This document shows, piece after piece, positions 9,210 through 20,941 of a stretch of 64,000 bases of DNA; positions within the stretch are counted from its first letter, which is position 1, and each line of letters opens with the position of its first letter. Origin of the DNA: Deltaproteobacteria bacterium (lineage in GTDB: Bacteria > Desulfobacterota > Binatia > Binatales > Binataceae); assembly GCA_021817345.1 (NCBI GenBank), contig JAKAVC010000134.1, positions 4,311-68,310 of the forward strand. Direction: 5' to 3'. The notes under the pieces are model-generated. The model saw only the letters and a list, made by a program, of their open reading frames with translations. It was not told the origin of the DNA and did not search any database. Position numbers and translations under genes: made by a program.

Positions 9210-11552
9210 TCAGAGGTTGAGCTTGACGATCGTTGCGCCTGGGCCGCCGCGACGCGGCTCGGCGTCGCGAAATTCCGCGCAATAGGGCGATGAGGCAAGG
9301 TACTCCTGGATGGCCTTCTTGAGCGCGCCCGAGCCGATTCCATGCACAATCGTCACTTCCTGACGGTTGGCAAGGTAGGCCTGATCGAGAAATTCCTCGA
9401 CTTTGCGAAGCGCCTCCGACGCGCGCATCCCGATAAGGTTAAGCTGCTCGCGTTCCTCTCCGGCGGCACTGACCGTCACCGTCGGCATCGGCTCCGGTTT
9501 TCCGCGCGGCGCCGGGCCGGATACCTTCCGTGCCGAGCGAAGCCGCTCCGGCGCGACCTCGATTCGAAGGCCGCCGCGTCCGATAACCGCGCGCGCCGAC
9601 TCCAGCACCAGCAGTTCGCCACGGATACCGCCGAATTCCACCTGGTCGCCGACCTTGAGCGGAGCCTGCTCAGCCTCTTCGAGCGCGTCGAGCGCGGGCG
9701 TGACCTGCTCCAGGCGCTCGGCGGCGCCTTCCAGAAAGTGCCCCAGGTCGCGGCGCGATTTGGCGTGGGTCTTGATTTCGCGAAGCAGGTCCTCGCCTTC
9801 GCGTTTCAGCTCCACGATAAGCGCACGCACTTCCTCGCGAAGCCGGGTGCGCTCGGCGGCGGCGCGCTCGCGCGCCTTTTCGGCCGCTTCCAGGGCTTCG
9901 CGTTCGCGCCGCCTGAAGTCTCGCTCGCGCTCGCGAAGCCTGGCGGCCTCGTCGTCGAGCCGCGCGCGCTCGGCTTCAAGCCGCTCCAGGGCGCGTTCCA
10001 CTTCGAGCGCGCTTTCGCCCATCGTGCCGCGCGCCGCGTCGATCACCTCGCCGGGCAGCCCGAGCCGCTCGGCCACCGCGAGCCCGTAGCTTTGGCCGAT
10101 GGTTCCGGGCTTCAGCCGATACAGGGGAATAGAGTGCTCGGGGTCGAAATCCACCGCGGCAACGTCGAAGTCATGGCCCGAATAGGCGTGGAGTTTGACC
10201 GCGGTCGAATGGGTAGCGACCGCGACGGTGCATTTTCGCGCCGCCAGGTATTTCATGATTCCAATGGCGAGCGCCGCGCCTTCGGCCGGATCGGTTCCCG
10301 CGCCCGGTTCGTCCAGGATCACCAAGGCCGGCTCGGCGAGCGAGCGAAGCACCTCGGAAAGATTGGTGACATGGGCCGAAAACGTCGAAAGACTGGTTTC
10401 GATTGACTGCTCGTCCCCGATGTCGGCGAAGACGCTTTTGAAGATCGCGGTGCGGCTCCCCTCGCGCGCCGGGATCAGAAGCCCCGCCTGTGCCATCAGG
10501 GAGAGCAACCCGAGGGTCTTGAGCGCGACCGTCTTGCCGCCCGTGTTCGGACCCGAAATCACGATTCCCTTGCGCTCGGCCGGAATCACGAGGTCGATCG
10601 GTACGACTTCGCGCCCGCTGGTGACGAGTAGCGGATGGCGCGCTTCGAGGAGTTCGGTTATTCCCTGGCTCGTGTCGGGCTCGACGCATCGGAAACGCTC
10701 GGCGAAAATAGCGCGCGCGTTCAGCGCGTCCAGCGCGACCATCGCGTCGAACGTTATCCCGAGTTCGGTCGCGTACCCGCGCACCATCGCACTGAGCTGC
10801 GCGAAAATCCGATGCTCTTCGGCCTCGACCTCGCTTTCGAGCATCATCAGGCGGTTGTTGAGTTCCACCGCCCACATCGGTTCAACGAACAGCGTCTCGC
10901 CCGACACGGAGCGGTCCTGCACGATGCCTTCGAGCCGCTCGGCGTAATTCAGCTTGAGCGGCAGGACGAAGCGGCGATTGCGCATCGTGACCAGGTAATC
11001 GGAGACGAAGGGCTCCATCCCGGGCTGGCTCAGCGAGCGCATCAGGCGCGCTTCGAGTTCGACGCGCTCCTCGCGCAGCCGGTTGCGAAGCCGTTTCAGT
11101 TCGGGGCTTGCGTCGTCGAGCAGGCTGCCGTCATCGGCGATCGCCTTAAGCAGGGCGTCGGCCAGCTCCTTGGGCGCGAGCAGATTGGCGGCGAGCGCGG
11201 CCACGCGCGGGAACGGCTCGACGCGCGAGCGAAGGAAGCTCGCGACATGGCGCGAGCCGAGCACAAAGCCGCGGATTTTGAGCAGCGACTCGCCGTCGAG
11301 CACCGCGCCCTCGCGCGCGGCCGCGAGCAATAGCGCGCGCATCTCGGGAAACTCCGCTATCGGCAGCGCGCCCGCGTGCCCGCGCAGATCGACCATCTCG
11401 GCGCTCGCGCGAAGCCTTTCGCGCACCACCTCGGGCTCGGTCGACGGCCTGAGCGAAAGCGCCCGCTCGCGTCCCGGCTCCGAGACGGCGAATCCCGCGA
11501 CAAGGTCCACCACCTTGTCGAATTCGAGCGATCGCAAATCCCGTTCGCGCAT
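9210..11552 (-). CDS. mutS2: endonuclease/ATPase MutS2
   Basis: LEFDKV N-terminus, ISGPNTGGKT, DIGDEQSI..SLSTFS, LDEPGAGTDP, coiled coil and C-terminal Smr domain. Confidence 0.95.
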   Translation of the reverse strand: MRERDLRSLEFDKVVDLVAGFAVSEPGRERALSLRPSTEPEVVRERLRASAEMVDLRGHAGALPIAEFPEMRALLLAAAREGAVLDGESLLKIRGFVLGSRHVASFLRSRVEPFPRVAALAANLLAPKELADALLKAIADDGSLLDDASPELKRLRNRLREERVELEARLMRSLSQPGMEPFVSDYLVTMRNRRFVLPLKLNYAERLEGIVQDRSVSGETLFVEPMWAVELNNRLMMLESEVEAEEHRIFAQLSAMVRGYATELGITFDAMVALDALNARAIFAERFRCVEPDTSQGITELLEARHPLLVTSGREVVPIDLVIPAERKGIVISGPNTGGKTVALKTLGLLSLMAQAGLLIPAREGSRTAIFKSVFADIGDEQSIETSLSTFSAHVTNLSEVLRSLAEPALVILDEPGAGTDPAEGAALAIGIMKYLAARKCTVAVATHSTAVKLHAYSGHDFDVAAVDFDPEHSIPLYRLKPGTIGQSYGLAVAERLGLPGEVIDAARGTMGESALEVERALERLEAERARLDDEAARLRERERDFRRREREALEAAEKARERAAAERTRLREEVRALIVELKREGEDLLREIKTHAKSRRDLGHFLEGAAERLEQVTPALDALEEAEQAPLKVGDQVEFGGIRGELLVLESARAVIGRGGLRIEVAPERLRSARKVSGPAPRGKPEPMPTVTVSAAGEEREQLNLIGMRASEALRKVEEFLDQAYLANRQEVTIVHGIGSGALKKAIQEYLASSPYCAEFRDAEPRRGGPGATIVKLNL

Positions 11553-11635
11553 CCTGGACTCGCCATCTGTCTTTGTGCGGCGATGACGTTAATATCTAGC
11601 CCATCTTCGACCTACAGGCATCAGGGAGACGCCCG

Positions 11636-13246
11636 ATGGAACGAATCGAATCGCACGTCCGCGCAAACTCCGAGGAGTTTCGGAGCAATCGCGAGGTGCA
11701 TGAAGGAGAGGTGAAGAAGCTGCGCGCCGAAATCGAGCGCATCCGCCAGGGCGGACCCGCCCATGCGCGCAAACGCCACGTCGAGCGCGGAAAGCTGCTC
11801 GCGCGCGACCGGGTGCGCAATCTGCTCGACCCCGACAGCCCGTTTCTGGAACTTTCGGCGCTCGCGGCGCATGGGATGTACGGCTCCGAGGCGCCTGCGG
11901 CTGGAATTATCACCGGAATCGGACGGGTTCACGGGCGCGAGGTCATCGTCGTCGCGAACGACGCAACCGTCAAAGGCGGCACCTATTATCCCATCACGGT
12001 CAAGAAGCATCTGCGCGCTCAGGAAATCGCGATGGAGAATCGCCTGCCCTGCATCTACCTGGTCGATTCCGGCGGCGCGTTCCTGCCGCTTCAGGCCGAG
12101 GTCTTTCCCGATCGCGAGCACTTCGGGCGAATCTTTTACAACCAGGCACGGATGTCCGCGATGGGAATCGCGCAGGTTGCCGTCGTGATGGGCTCGTGCA
12201 CGGCGGGCGGTGCGTACGTGCCCGCGATGTGCGACGAGAACATTATCGTGAAAGAGCAGGGAACCATCTTCCTTGGCGGCCCGCCGCTGGTTCGCGCCGC
12301 GACCGGCGAGGAAGTGACGGCGGAGGAACTCGGCGGCGGCGACGTTCACACCCGTATCTCGGGCGTCAGCGACAACCTTGCCGAGGACGATCGCGACGCG
12401 CTCCAGATCGCGCGCTCGATCCTGGAAAACCTCGGCCCGCGCCCGGTTCCCGACATTTCGCAGGACGAGCCCGAGGACCCCTATTACGATCCGGCCGAAT
12501 TGTACGGCATCATCCCGGCCGACAATCGCAAGCCGTACGACGTGCACGAGGTGATCGCGCGTATCGTTGACGGGAGCCGGATGCACGAGTTCAAGCCGCG
12601 CTACGCGACCACCGTGGTGACGGGCTTCGCGCGCATCTGGGGTTATCCGGTCGGAATCGTCGCGAACAATGGTGTGCTGTTCAGCGAATCCGCGCTCAAG
12701 GCGACGCACTTCATCGAACTATGCTGCGCGCGGCGCATTCCGCTCATCTTTCTCCAGAACATCACCGGCTTTATGGTCGGCAAACGCTACGAGCAGGGCG
12801 GAATCGCCAAGGACGGCGCCAAGATGGTCAACGCGGTCGCCAATGCGCAGGTGCCGAAATTCACGGTGATAATCGGCGCGTCGAACGGTGCCGGAAATTA
12901 CGGGATGTGCGGGCGCGCATACTCGCCACGCTTCCTGTTCATGTGGCCGAACGCGCGAATCTCCGTGATGGGCGGCGAGCAGGCCGCCAACACGCTTCTC
13001 ACCGTCAAGCTCGACCAGCTCGCGCGCGAAGGCAAAACGATGACCGCCGAGGAGCAGGCCGAGTTCCTGCGTCCGACGCTGGAGAAGTACGAGCACGAAT
13101 CGAGCTGCTACTACTCGAGCGCGCGGCTGTGGGACGACGGCGTGATCGATCCGGTTGAGACCCGCGCGACGCTCGCGCTCGCAATCGCGGCGTCGCTCAA
13201 CGCGCCCGTGCCGCAGCCGTCGGGCTTCGGCGTGTTCCGGATGTGA
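11636..13246 (+). CDS. acyl-CoA carboxylase carboxyltransferase subunit (methylcrotonyl-CoA carboxylase beta-like)
   Basis: Motifs [34 protein letters not shown] and [11 protein letters not shown]. Confidence 0.92.
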   Translation: MERIESHVRANSEEFRSNREVHEGEVKKLRAEIERIRQGGPAHARKRHVERGKLLARDRVRNLLDPDSPFLELSALAAHGMYGSEAPAAGIITGIGRVHGREVIVVANDATVKGGTYYPITVKKHLRAQEIAMENRLPCIYLVDSGGAFLPLQAEVFPDREHFGRIFYNQARMSAMGIAQVAVVMGSCTAGGAYVPAMCDENIIVKEQGTIFLGGPPLVRAATGEEVTAEELGGGDVHTRISGVSDNLAEDDRDALQIARSILENLGPRPVPDISQDEPEDPYYDPAELYGIIPADNRKPYDVHEVIARIVDGSRMHEFKPRYATTVVTGFARIWGYPVGIVANNGVLFSESALKATHFIELCCARRIPLIFLQNITGFMVGKRYEQGGIAKDGAKMVNAVANAQVPKFTVIIGASNGAGNYGMCGRAYSPRFLFMWPNARISVMGGEQAANTLLTVKLDQLAREGKTMTAEEQAEFLRPTLEKYEHESSCYYSSARLWDDGVIDPVETRATLALAIAASLNAPVPQPSGFGVFRM

Positions 13247-13359
13247 CCCTTGCGTTGGAGCCGGCGTGCTTTCCCGGCAACCGCGCAAATTCAAAAGACT
13301 AAATGCGCCGCGTGGCATTGGAAGCCGCGCGGCGCCTCTTGTCTCAAAAGAACGGTGAG

Positions 13360-14898
13360 TTACGGAGGTGTCAGCACCGGGCAGCCGTGCTCGCCCGCAA
13401 CCGGTGCGGGCGCCTCGTTGAACGTCGCGTGCAGCGACGGCGAATGGTTGAAGTCGAACATATCTTCGAGCGTCGGCGCGTGGAGATCGCGCGCCGTCAG
13501 ATGGGGCCGCTCGCTGGTCGCGCCGCTTAAGCTGAAGAATCGCTTCTCGATAAGCGCGAGCATCGCGGTGTGGTCCGCGACCGTGTGCGAAACGTAGTGC
13601 GGCTTCGAGAACGGTGAGACCGCGATAAACGGCACACGGAAACCCTCCTGGTTGAAGTTCGCGCACGAGGCCGGATAGGGACCGGTCGCCGTGAAGCCCG
13701 AGCAGATGCTTGCCGCGTCGGAGGCGCTTATCGTGCACTGCACGCCGCCGCCCGGCTGTTCGCTGGCGGGCGGATCGGAAAGATCCTCGCACTGGCCGGG
13801 ATTGATGCCGTCTGGCGATAGCGCGCCGCCCTGGCTCGCGGGCGGAGGCGGCACGTGATCGTAGAAACCGCCGTGCTCGTCGTAGGTGATGAAAATGATC
13901 GTGTTCTTCCAGTCCGGACCGTTACGCACCGCGTTCACCAGTTGCCACACGCGATATTCGCCGGCGCGGATGTCGAACGGGGGATGCTCGTCGGTCTCGA
14001 ACAGTTCGTCGTTGATAATTTGATCCGGGTAGAACGACGGATCGACGAATGAAACTTCGGGCAGTGTGCCCTCCTTAGCCTCGGCAAGGAACGCCGATAT
14101 CGGCGCGATATTCGAGTAGGATTGCGGATAGAAGATGAACGAAGTCGGAAGATCCTGGTAGAAGTTCGTCCACGAAACGCCATACTCGTTCAACAGGTCG
14201 AAAATCGTTCCCGTGATCGGCTTGTAACCGCCCCTCGGCGGAAAAATCTCGTTGGTCGTTAAATGGCCGAACGAGGTCGCCGCCATCTCGTAGGAACGAT
14301 TCGGAAATGTCGGTCCGACGACCGGACAGAAGTAGCGATCGTCGATCGCGAACGTCTGGGCCAGTTGGTAATAAAACGGCAGATCGGCCTGGTCGTAAAA
14401 GCCCATCGTGTCGTCGTCGGTGGCGCTCTCGGCCGTATCCTTCTGCTCGGTCAGGTCGTTTTCCAGCACGAAACCGTTGTTCAGGGTCTCGAAGAGTGCC
14501 TCGCTGGGATCCGACCAGTTGGCCTCGTGATGACTTCCGGACCAGTTGTGCTGGAGGTCGGGCGCCGGGCAGTAATCGCTGTCGTGGAAGGAGTAAACCG
14601 TGCTCCCGTCGTCATCGAGGTTGGAGTTGCTGCAGGTGAGCGCGCCGCCGCTGCCGACCGTGCAGGTAAGGCCGTCGACGCATGAGTGGTCGTTCGCCGC
14701 GCACGGACCCGAATGATACGGCCCGTCGGGCGCATAGGGCAGCGCGCCGAAGTAGTTATCGAAAGAGTGGTTCTCCTGCATGATGATAATGATGTGCTTG
14801 ACGTTGTGCAGGTTTCCGTCCGCGTGCGCAGGAACTGCTGCCAGCATCGCGAGCACACTCATGGTCGCGGTTACGACGGGCGCCATGTAACGCGGCAT
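13360..14898 (-). CDS. secreted phosphoesterase (phospholipase C / acid phosphatase family)
   Basis: Signal peptide ending AHA; motifs KHIIIIMQENHSFDNYFG, GPTFPNR, TYDEHGGFYDHVPP and GFRVPFIAVSPF. Confidence 0.9.
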   Translation of the reverse strand: MPRYMAPVVTATMSVLAMLAAVPAHADGNLHNVKHIIIIMQENHSFDNYFGALPYAPDGPYHSGPCAANDHSCVDGLTCTVGSGGALTCSNSNLDDDGSTVYSFHDSDYCPAPDLQHNWSGSHHEANWSDPSEALFETLNNGFVLENDLTEQKDTAESATDDDTMGFYDQADLPFYYQLAQTFAIDDRYFCPVVGPTFPNRSYEMAATSFGHLTTNEIFPPRGGYKPITGTIFDLLNEYGVSWTNFYQDLPTSFIFYPQSYSNIAPISAFLAEAKEGTLPEVSFVDPSFYPDQIINDELFETDEHPPFDIRAGEYRVWQLVNAVRNGPDWKNTIIFITYDEHGGFYDHVPPPPASQGGALSPDGINPGQCEDLSDPPASEQPGGGVQCTISASDAASICSGFTATGPYPASCANFNQEGFRVPFIAVSPFSKPHYVSHTVADHTAMLALIEKRFFSLSGATSERPHLTARDLHAPTLEDMFDFNHSPSLHATFNEAPAPVAGEHGCPVLTPP

Positions 14899-15160
14899 AG
14901 GCTCCTCCCGTCCGCATCCGGTTGAATTGCGCTCCCTTCGGGTGCGAACGAAAGCGTTCTCTATCGCCGGTCCGGCGTTTTTGTCAATCCTGCTAACTTA
15001 AACAGACCGGTACTTACTCCAGGCGGGTAAGTCTGCGCTTTTCGACTGATTCTCGCGCGGGACTGCGTGTGATACACGGGCGCGAACGGCGCATCGGCGG
15101 CGATCCAACCGGACCAGACGCACCCGTGCGTATCGCGCGAGCTATGATTGGTGTTCCGGC

Positions 15161-16564
15161 CTACTGCTCGGGGCCTAGCATCTTTTCGGGCCGCACGAGG
15201 CGGTCGAACTCCTCGCCCGACAGGAAACCGAGAGCAAGGCACGCCTCGCGAAGCGTGAGGTTTTCGTGGTGCGCTTTCTTGGCGGCTTGGGCGGCCTTGT
15301 CGTAGCCGATATGAGGGCTGAGCGCCGTGACCAGCATGAGAGAGCGCGTCACGTACTCGGCGAGCTTCTGCCGATTCGCCTGCATCCCCTCCACGCAATA
15401 CTTGCGGAACGAGTCGCATGCGTTAGTCAGCAGCAGGATCGAATGCATCAGGTTGTGGATGATGAGCGGCTTGAAGACGTTGAGCTCGAAATTGCCCTGC
15501 GTGCCGGCGACGCTGATCGCGGTATCGTTGCCGATAACCTGCACGCACACCATCGTCATCGCCTCGCTCTGGGTCGGATTCACCTTGCCCGGCATGATCG
15601 ACGAGCCCGGCTCGTTCTCGGGCAGCGACAGTTCGCCAAGCCCGCACCGCGGCCCCGAGCCCATCCAGCGCACATCGTTGGCGATCTTCATCAGCGAGCA
15701 GGCGAGCGTCTTGAGCGCTCCCGAAGCCATCACCAGCGCGTCATGCGCGGCGAGCGCGGCGAACTTATTGTGCGCCGAGGTGAACGGCAGGCCCGTATGC
15801 CGCGCGATATTGGCCGCGACCCGCCCGGCGAATTGCGGATGGGTGTTGAGCCCGGTGCCAACCGCGGTGCCGCCGATCGCAAGCTCATAGATGTCGGGCA
15901 GGACCGACTCGATGCGCCGGATGTCCTGGTCGAGCTGCTCGACGTAGCCGGAGAACTCCTGGCCGAGCGTGAGCGGCACCGCGTCCATCAGATGGGTCCG
16001 TCCGATCTTGATCAGGTCGGCGAATTCCATCGATTTGTTGAGCAGCGCGTTGCGCAGCCGTCCGACCGCCGGGAGCAGCTCGTGGACGAGCTGCTCGGCC
16101 GCCGCTATATGCATCGCGGTCGGAAACGTGTCGTTCGAGGACTGCGACATGTTGACGTGGTCGTTGGGATGGATCGGTTTCTTCGAGCCCATCTCGCCGC
16201 CGGCGAGCTCGATGGCGCGGTTCGAGATGACCTCGTTGGCGTTCATGTTGGTTTGCGTGCCGCTGCCGGTCTGCCAGACGCGCAGCGGGAACTCGCTGTC
16301 GAGCTTGCCGGCGATCACTTCGTCGGCGGCCTGGAGGATGAGCCGGGCGTGCTCGGCCGAGAGTCTGCCGAGGTCGCGATTAACCTCGGCGGCGGCCTTT
16401 TTCAGGATCCCGAGCGCGCGGATTACCGGGCGCGGCATCGTGTCGCGTCCGATCGCGAAATGGAGCAGCGAGCGCTGGGTCTGCGCGCCCCAGTAATGAT
16501 CGGCGGGCACTTCTATCGCGCCCATGCTGTCGGTTTCGGTGCGAGTCTTCTTCGATGATGTCAT
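15161..16564 (-). CDS. fumC: class II fumarate hydratase
   Basis: Motifs [21 protein letters not shown] and the signature [13 protein letters not shown]. Confidence 0.97.
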   Translation of the reverse strand: MTSSKKTRTETDSMGAIEVPADHYWGAQTQRSLLHFAIGRDTMPRPVIRALGILKKAAAEVNRDLGRLSAEHARLILQAADEVIAGKLDSEFPLRVWQTGSGTQTNMNANEVISNRAIELAGGEMGSKKPIHPNDHVNMSQSSNDTFPTAMHIAAAEQLVHELLPAVGRLRNALLNKSMEFADLIKIGRTHLMDAVPLTLGQEFSGYVEQLDQDIRRIESVLPDIYELAIGGTAVGTGLNTHPQFAGRVAANIARHTGLPFTSAHNKFAALAAHDALVMASGALKTLACSLMKIANDVRWMGSGPRCGLGELSLPENEPGSSIMPGKVNPTQSEAMTMVCVQVIGNDTAISVAGTQGNFELNVFKPLIIHNLMHSILLLTNACDSFRKYCVEGMQANRQKLAEYVTRSLMLVTALSPHIGYDKAAQAAKKAHHENLTLREACLALGFLSGEEFDRLVRPEKMLGPEQ

Positions 16565-16865
16565 AATCTTTCAAGCTCCCGGGTGCGACGACCGGCCCGC
16601 GCATGTTCGCGCGGCGAACGCGATGGCGCGCTCCGTCGACGGCCATTTTGCCGCAAAGCATTATACGCCACCCGTCGGCGCTGTTGAGTTGAACGTGCCA
16701 GTCCATCTACGATGCTTGCGCTGCCGTCCCCTATGGGACGGCGATCGAGGGGCGCGTGCATGGCGGCGGAGGCCCAGATTTAGCGCGCGGACTTTCCGGC
16801 GTCGCCCGCCCAATATAGACATAGATTAGGAAGTCACCCTTCGCAGCAGGAGAGGAAGATAGGTC

Positions 16866-17225
16866 ATGCCTTGGACGATAACCCGTCTGTGCCGCGATTG
16901 TCTCGACACCGGATGTGTGAGCGTTTGCCCGGTCGATTGCATCTACGAGTATGTGGGTCCGGACAAGCAGAAGTTTCCGAACCAGCTCTACATAAATCCC
17001 GACGAATGTATCGATTGCGGGGCGTGCGAGCCGGAATGCCCGTGGCAGGCAATCTTCGAGGAGCCCGCCGTGCCGGACGTCTTCAAGGACGACGTGGATC
17101 TGAACCACGCGATGCTCGACGCGAAGGACGACTTCAAGGTGAAGACCTTCGAGCAGAAGGAGCATCCCACGCCCGAGCAGATTGCTGAAAACAAGCGCAA
17201 ATGGGGACTCGATCCCGACGCGTGA
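16866..17225 (+). CDS. dicluster ferredoxin (FdxA / 7Fe-type)
   Basis: Cys motifs [17 protein letters not shown] and [12 protein letters not shown]; RBS AGGAGAGG. Confidence 0.9.
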   Translation: MPWTITRLCRDCLDTGCVSVCPVDCIYEYVGPDKQKFPNQLYINPDECIDCGACEPECPWQAIFEEPAVPDVFKDDVDLNHAMLDAKDDFKVKTFEQKEHPTPEQIAENKRKWGLDPDA

Positions 17226-17450
17226 TTTTGCCCCGCCCGTAATGTTCCGGCGCCGGCAGGTTGAGAGTAAAGCGCTCGATTCGCCGGCGCCGTTTTTTCG
17301 CGCTTGATCCGCCGCGATCGGCGCCGGTTTCCGCGCTTTTCCACCCGAAAAGCGAAGCATCCGCGCGCAACGGCGCGCGTGCAGTTTCGTCAGCGCGCGC
17401 GACGCTTCAATGGGTTCAGGATAAAGGGCAACGGGAGCGCTCGCTCGCGC

Positions 17451-18431
17451 TCAGAGCAGTTTCTTCTGCCCGTGCTTGAAACCGCCCTGCTCGCCGATCG
17501 CTCCGGGCCGTTCGCGTTCCGGCTTTCTGCCCCGTCCCGAGCGTTCGCGCGGGCGGGTTTCGGTCGGCACTATTTCCACCGAGCGCAGGAAGCCTTCGCC
17601 CGACGAGCGGGTACTCACCAGCGGATCGTCCTTTAGCGCAAGATGGATGATGCGCCGGTCGCGCGGCGGCATCGGGTCGAGCTTTACCGGCTGATGCTCG
17701 CGCTTGGCCCGCTCGCCCATCGAGAGCGCCATCCGTTCCAACTGCTGACGTCGGCGCGCCCGGTAGGATTCGGTGTCGAGCACGATCGGCATCCCGTCCT
17801 TGATCCTGCGGGCGGCCACGCGGTTGACGAGGTACTCGAGCGCGTCGAGGGTCTGGCCGTGGCGTCCGATGAGGATTCCCGAGCCGTCGCCCTTGATTTC
17901 GAGCTCGATCGACTCGGGATCGGAGCCGATCCGCTCGACCTCGGCCTTCTCGCCCATAAGTTCGAGAATCTGTTTCAGGATCGCGGTAGCCTCGCGCACC
18001 TGCTCGTTGACGTCGGCGGCCTGGCGCGCGCCCTCGGCGGTTTCTTCCTCGGCTGGCTCGGCGGCGCGCGGTTCTGGCGCGCGACGCGGCGGCGCGGGTT
18101 CGCGCGGGCGCGCGGGCTCGGGGCTGGTTGCGGGCTTTGGAGCGCGCGGCGGCGGCGCGGGTTTGGCCTCGGACCCGGCAGGTCGCGAGGGCCGCGGCGG
18201 CGCGGGCGGCGCCGGAGGCGGTTCAGCCACGCCGCTTCGGGCCTCGGACGGCGCCTTGCGGACTACGCGGACGCGCGCGTCGCGGGCGCCGAGGCCGAGC
18301 ACGCCCGCGCGCGGAATCGCCAGGATCTCGATCGCGACGTCGTCTTCGGCCGCGCCGAGCTTTTCCAGGGCCTCGCTTATCGCCTGTTCAACCGTCGATG
18401 CAGTTACTTCGATAGAATCACTGTTGCTCAT
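17451..18431 (-). CDS. jag: RNA-binding protein Jag/EloR/KhpB
   Basis: Jag-N domain, Pro-rich linker, KH motif GILIGRHGQTLDALEYL and R3H motif RRIIHLAL. Start ATG 18431 overlaps the yidC stop. Confidence 0.93.
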   Translation of the reverse strand: MSNSDSIEVTASTVEQAISEALEKLGAAEDDVAIEILAIPRAGVLGLGARDARVRVVRKAPSEARSGVAEPPPAPPAPPRPSRPAGSEAKPAPPPRAPKPATSPEPARPREPAPPRRAPEPRAAEPAEEETAEGARQAADVNEQVREATAILKQILELMGEKAEVERIGSDPESIELEIKGDGSGILIGRHGQTLDALEYLVNRVAARRIKDGMPIVLDTESYRARRRQQLERMALSMGERAKREHQPVKLDPMPPRDRRIIHLALKDDPLVSTRSSGEGFLRSVEIVPTETRPRERSGRGRKPERERPGAIGEQGGFKHGQKKLL

Positions 18432-20089
18432 GTCGCAGGAGCCGTCTGCCTGAATTCCCGGTTGAGAAAAATCTGCTGGATAATACCGAGTATGTTGGAA
18501 GCGAAATAGTAGAGCGAGAGTCCGGCCGGAAAGTTCACCAGAATAACCGTGAACACCACCGGCATCAGCATCATCATCTTCTGCTGGTTCGGATCGGGCG
18601 AGGTCGGCGTCATCCACTGCTGCAGGAAGGTGCTAATTCCCATCAACAGGACGAGCACCGGGATTCCGTGGCAGTGCATGTACGGGATCCGCGGCATCCA
18701 GGACACCGGGTAACAGTCCGGCGCCGAGAGGTCCCTTATCCACCAGATAAACGGCGCATGGCGCAATTCCACGGCGTTGAGCAGCGCCTCGTAAAGCCCG
18801 ATGAAGATCGGGAACTGGATCAGCATCGGCGCGCATCCCCCGAGCGGGTTGACGTGGTTGCGCTTGTACAGATCCACCATCTCCCGCTGCATCCGCTCCG
18901 GCTCGTCCTTGAACTGCGCCCGTATCTTTTCCATCTGCGGGGCGAGCCTCTGCATCTTCATCATCGACCGCGTTCCCTTGATCGACATCGGAAGCATCAG
19001 CATCCGCACCGCCAGCGTCAGCAGGATTATGTCCCACCCCCAGTTCGGGGCGAAATCATGGAACAGCTTGAGCACTCTCAGGAACGGGAGCGACAGGAAG
19101 CCGAACCATCCGAAGTTGATCGCCTCGTGCAGCTTCGGACTTATCGCGTCCAGCACTTCGAGAGCCTTTGGCCCGAAAAACACGCGGGTTCTGAGCGTGC
19201 TCGCGCCGGGAAACAACAGTTCGGCGGTCGCGTCGTTGCCCGAAAGCCTGCTCGAAAGGACTCCGTGAGCGGGAGTTTCGGGCAGGAAGACCGCAAGGAA
19301 ATAACGGTCGCCGAAGCCGGCGTAGGTAATCTCGCCGGCCATCGCCTGGAATCCCTTTTTCAACGCGGCTTGCGCGTCGGCCACCACTTTCGACGAGACG
19401 TCCGCCTGGATTTCCGGGATATCGTAATAGCCGCCCGTCCGCTCGGTCATCGGTTGCGTCATTGAGACGCCAACCGCCTTGATAGATCGCTGGCCTCCGC
19501 TCGCGCTCACCGTCATGTCGATTACGTAACTCGAACCGCTCACGACGAACGTCTTGACCAGGCGCATCCCGGTGCCGGTCTCGGCGGTGAAGGTGAGCGT
19601 GGCGCGTTCCGAGCCTTTGAGATCGACCGTCGCCGGCGCGTCGGTCGTATAGGCAAGCCCGTGGTCGCTTGCCACATGGTCGTCGGTTTGGACCAGCGCC
19701 GCGAGCGGGAAAATGCCGCCGCCTGCCGGCCGTATCATCTGATACGGAGGGCTGTTGGGTGCAGCGGTCTGTCTATACCTGGTCAGTTGAAAGCTTTTGA
19801 GCCGCGCACCGTCGGTGGTGAAGACCGCTCTGAATAGATCGGTGTTGACCTCGATAAGCCGTTTGGGGGCGGCCGAAGGCGCAGGCGCGAGCGTCGTCAC
19901 ACCGGGCGCGCCCGCTGCGGAAGGCGCCAGTGATTTCGCGCCCGGCGTCGCGCTCTGCGAAGGCGTGCGTGCGACACGGGCCTCCTGCTCCGGATGCGGC
20001 GGGTACAAACGCTTGAGGACGAGTTCCTGGTAGGCGAAAACCAGTCCCAACGACAGGACAATAGCGATTAGAACTCTACTGGTATCCAA
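18428..20089 (-). CDS. yidC: membrane protein insertase YidC
   Basis: Motifs NWGWDIILLT, VNPLGGCAPMLIQFPIF, WIRDLSAPD and PAGLSLYY. Start probably TTG 20089. Confidence 0.96.
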   Translation of the reverse strand: MDTSRVLIAIVLSLGLVFAYQELVLKRLYPPHPEQEARVARTPSQSATPGAKSLAPSAAGAPGVTTLAPAPSAAPKRLIEVNTDLFRAVFTTDGARLKSFQLTRYRQTAAPNSPPYQMIRPAGGGIFPLAALVQTDDHVASDHGLAYTTDAPATVDLKGSERATLTFTAETGTGMRLVKTFVVSGSSYVIDMTVSASGGQRSIKAVGVSMTQPMTERTGGYYDIPEIQADVSSKVVADAQAALKKGFQAMAGEITYAGFGDRYFLAVFLPETPAHGVLSSRLSGNDATAELLFPGASTLRTRVFFGPKALEVLDAISPKLHEAINFGWFGFLSLPFLRVLKLFHDFAPNWGWDIILLTLAVRMLMLPMSIKGTRSMMKMQRLAPQMEKIRAQFKDEPERMQREMVDLYKRNHVNPLGGCAPMLIQFPIFIGLYEALLNAVELRHAPFIWWIRDLSAPDCYPVSWMPRIPYMHCHGIPVLVLLMGISTFLQQWMTPTSPDPNQQKMMMLMPVVFTVILVNFPAGLSLYYFASNILGIIQQIFLNREFRQTAPAT

Positions 20090-20108
20090 ACCCGTGATTT
20101 CCTTGGAA

Positions 20109-20402
20109 TCAGGAGCCGTGTCCTGCCGGTGCGCGCTTCGGCACCGGATCGTAGCCGTGACCGCCCATCGGATGGCATCGCGCAAGCCGCGCCCCAGCCA
20201 TCACGATACCCTTCAATGCGCCGTGCTCGCGGATCGCCTCTGCCGCGTAAGCCGAACAGCTCGGTTGAAAGCGGCACGCATTTCCGAACAGCGCGACTAT
20301 CAGCGGCGACAGGAACCTGCGATAGCTCCATAGCGCGCCGAGCGCGAGCGCTCGCGGCACTGCTCCGGCCAATCGTGTTCCATGACGCAAACCACCAGCC
20401 AT
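20109..20402 (-). CDS. yidD: membrane protein insertion efficiency factor YidD
   Basis: [11 protein letters not shown]...RLARCHP...GYDPVP. Confidence 0.94.
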   Translation of the reverse strand: MAGGLRHGTRLAGAVPRALALGALWSYRRFLSPLIVALFGNACRFQPSCSAYAAEAIREHGALKGIVMAGARLARCHPMGGHGYDPVPKRAPAGHGS

Positions 20403-20405
20403 CGG

Positions 20406-20786
20406 CTAGCTCCCCGATAATTTTCTCACAATATTGTGCGTTGCCGCAGCAAGCTCGGCGAGTACCTGAGGCATTGCGAGTCCGCCCGCTCCGGGCCGCG
20501 CTATCACTACCATGGAAGTTCGCGCTGGAAGCGTCGGCCGGAGCGTCAGCCGGAAGCACTCGCGCACCCGGCGCTTGAGTCGATTGCGCACCACGGCGTT
20601 TCCTATCCGGCGCGAGACGGTGACCCCGAGGCGCGAACGGTCGTCGTCATCGAGCCGACCGGCGTATACCACGAAGTGCGCGCTTTGAACGCGCACACCG
20701 ACGCGTTGCAGACGGCGGAACTCGGAGCTGCGATGGAGCCGGTCGGCGGCCGAGAAGCTCTGCGCCTTGCGGACAGGATTTCTCAG
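20406..20786 (-). CDS. rnpA: ribonuclease P protein component (start codon uncertain)
   Basis: RNR motif [25 protein letters not shown]; located between rpmH and yidD. No ATG, GTG or TTG at the expected start. Confidence 0.9.
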   Translation of the reverse strand: MRNPVRKAQSFSAADRLHRSSEFRRLQRVGVRVQSAHFVVYAGRLDDDDRSRLGVTVSRRIGNAVVRNRLKRRVRECFRLTLRPTLPARTSMVVIARPGAGGLAMPQVLAELAAATHNIVRKLSGS

Positions 20787-20941
20787 CCGGGCTGCTTGGG
20801 TGGAATCGTGACGGTGAGGCGATGGCGTCCCTTGGCGCGCCGACGCTTGAGAACGTTGCGTCCGCTCGTCGTCGCCATCCGCGCCATGAAGCCGTGGGTC
20901 CGTTTTCGTCGGCGGTTGTGAGGCTGGAAGGTCCTTTTCAT
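20783..20941 (-). CDS. rpmH: 50S ribosomal protein L34
   Basis: Not in the ORF track (52 aa). Manual translation: [52 protein letters not shown]. Confidence 0.97.
   Translation of the reverse strand: MKRTFQPHNRRRKRTHGFMARMATTSGRNVLKRRRAKGRHRLTVTIPPKQPG

Noticed and set aside
11636-13246. Carboxyltransferase without an adjacent biotin carboxylase subunit
   Set aside because: Dispersed acyl-CoA carboxylase subunits are common, and the partner is probably elsewhere in the genome.
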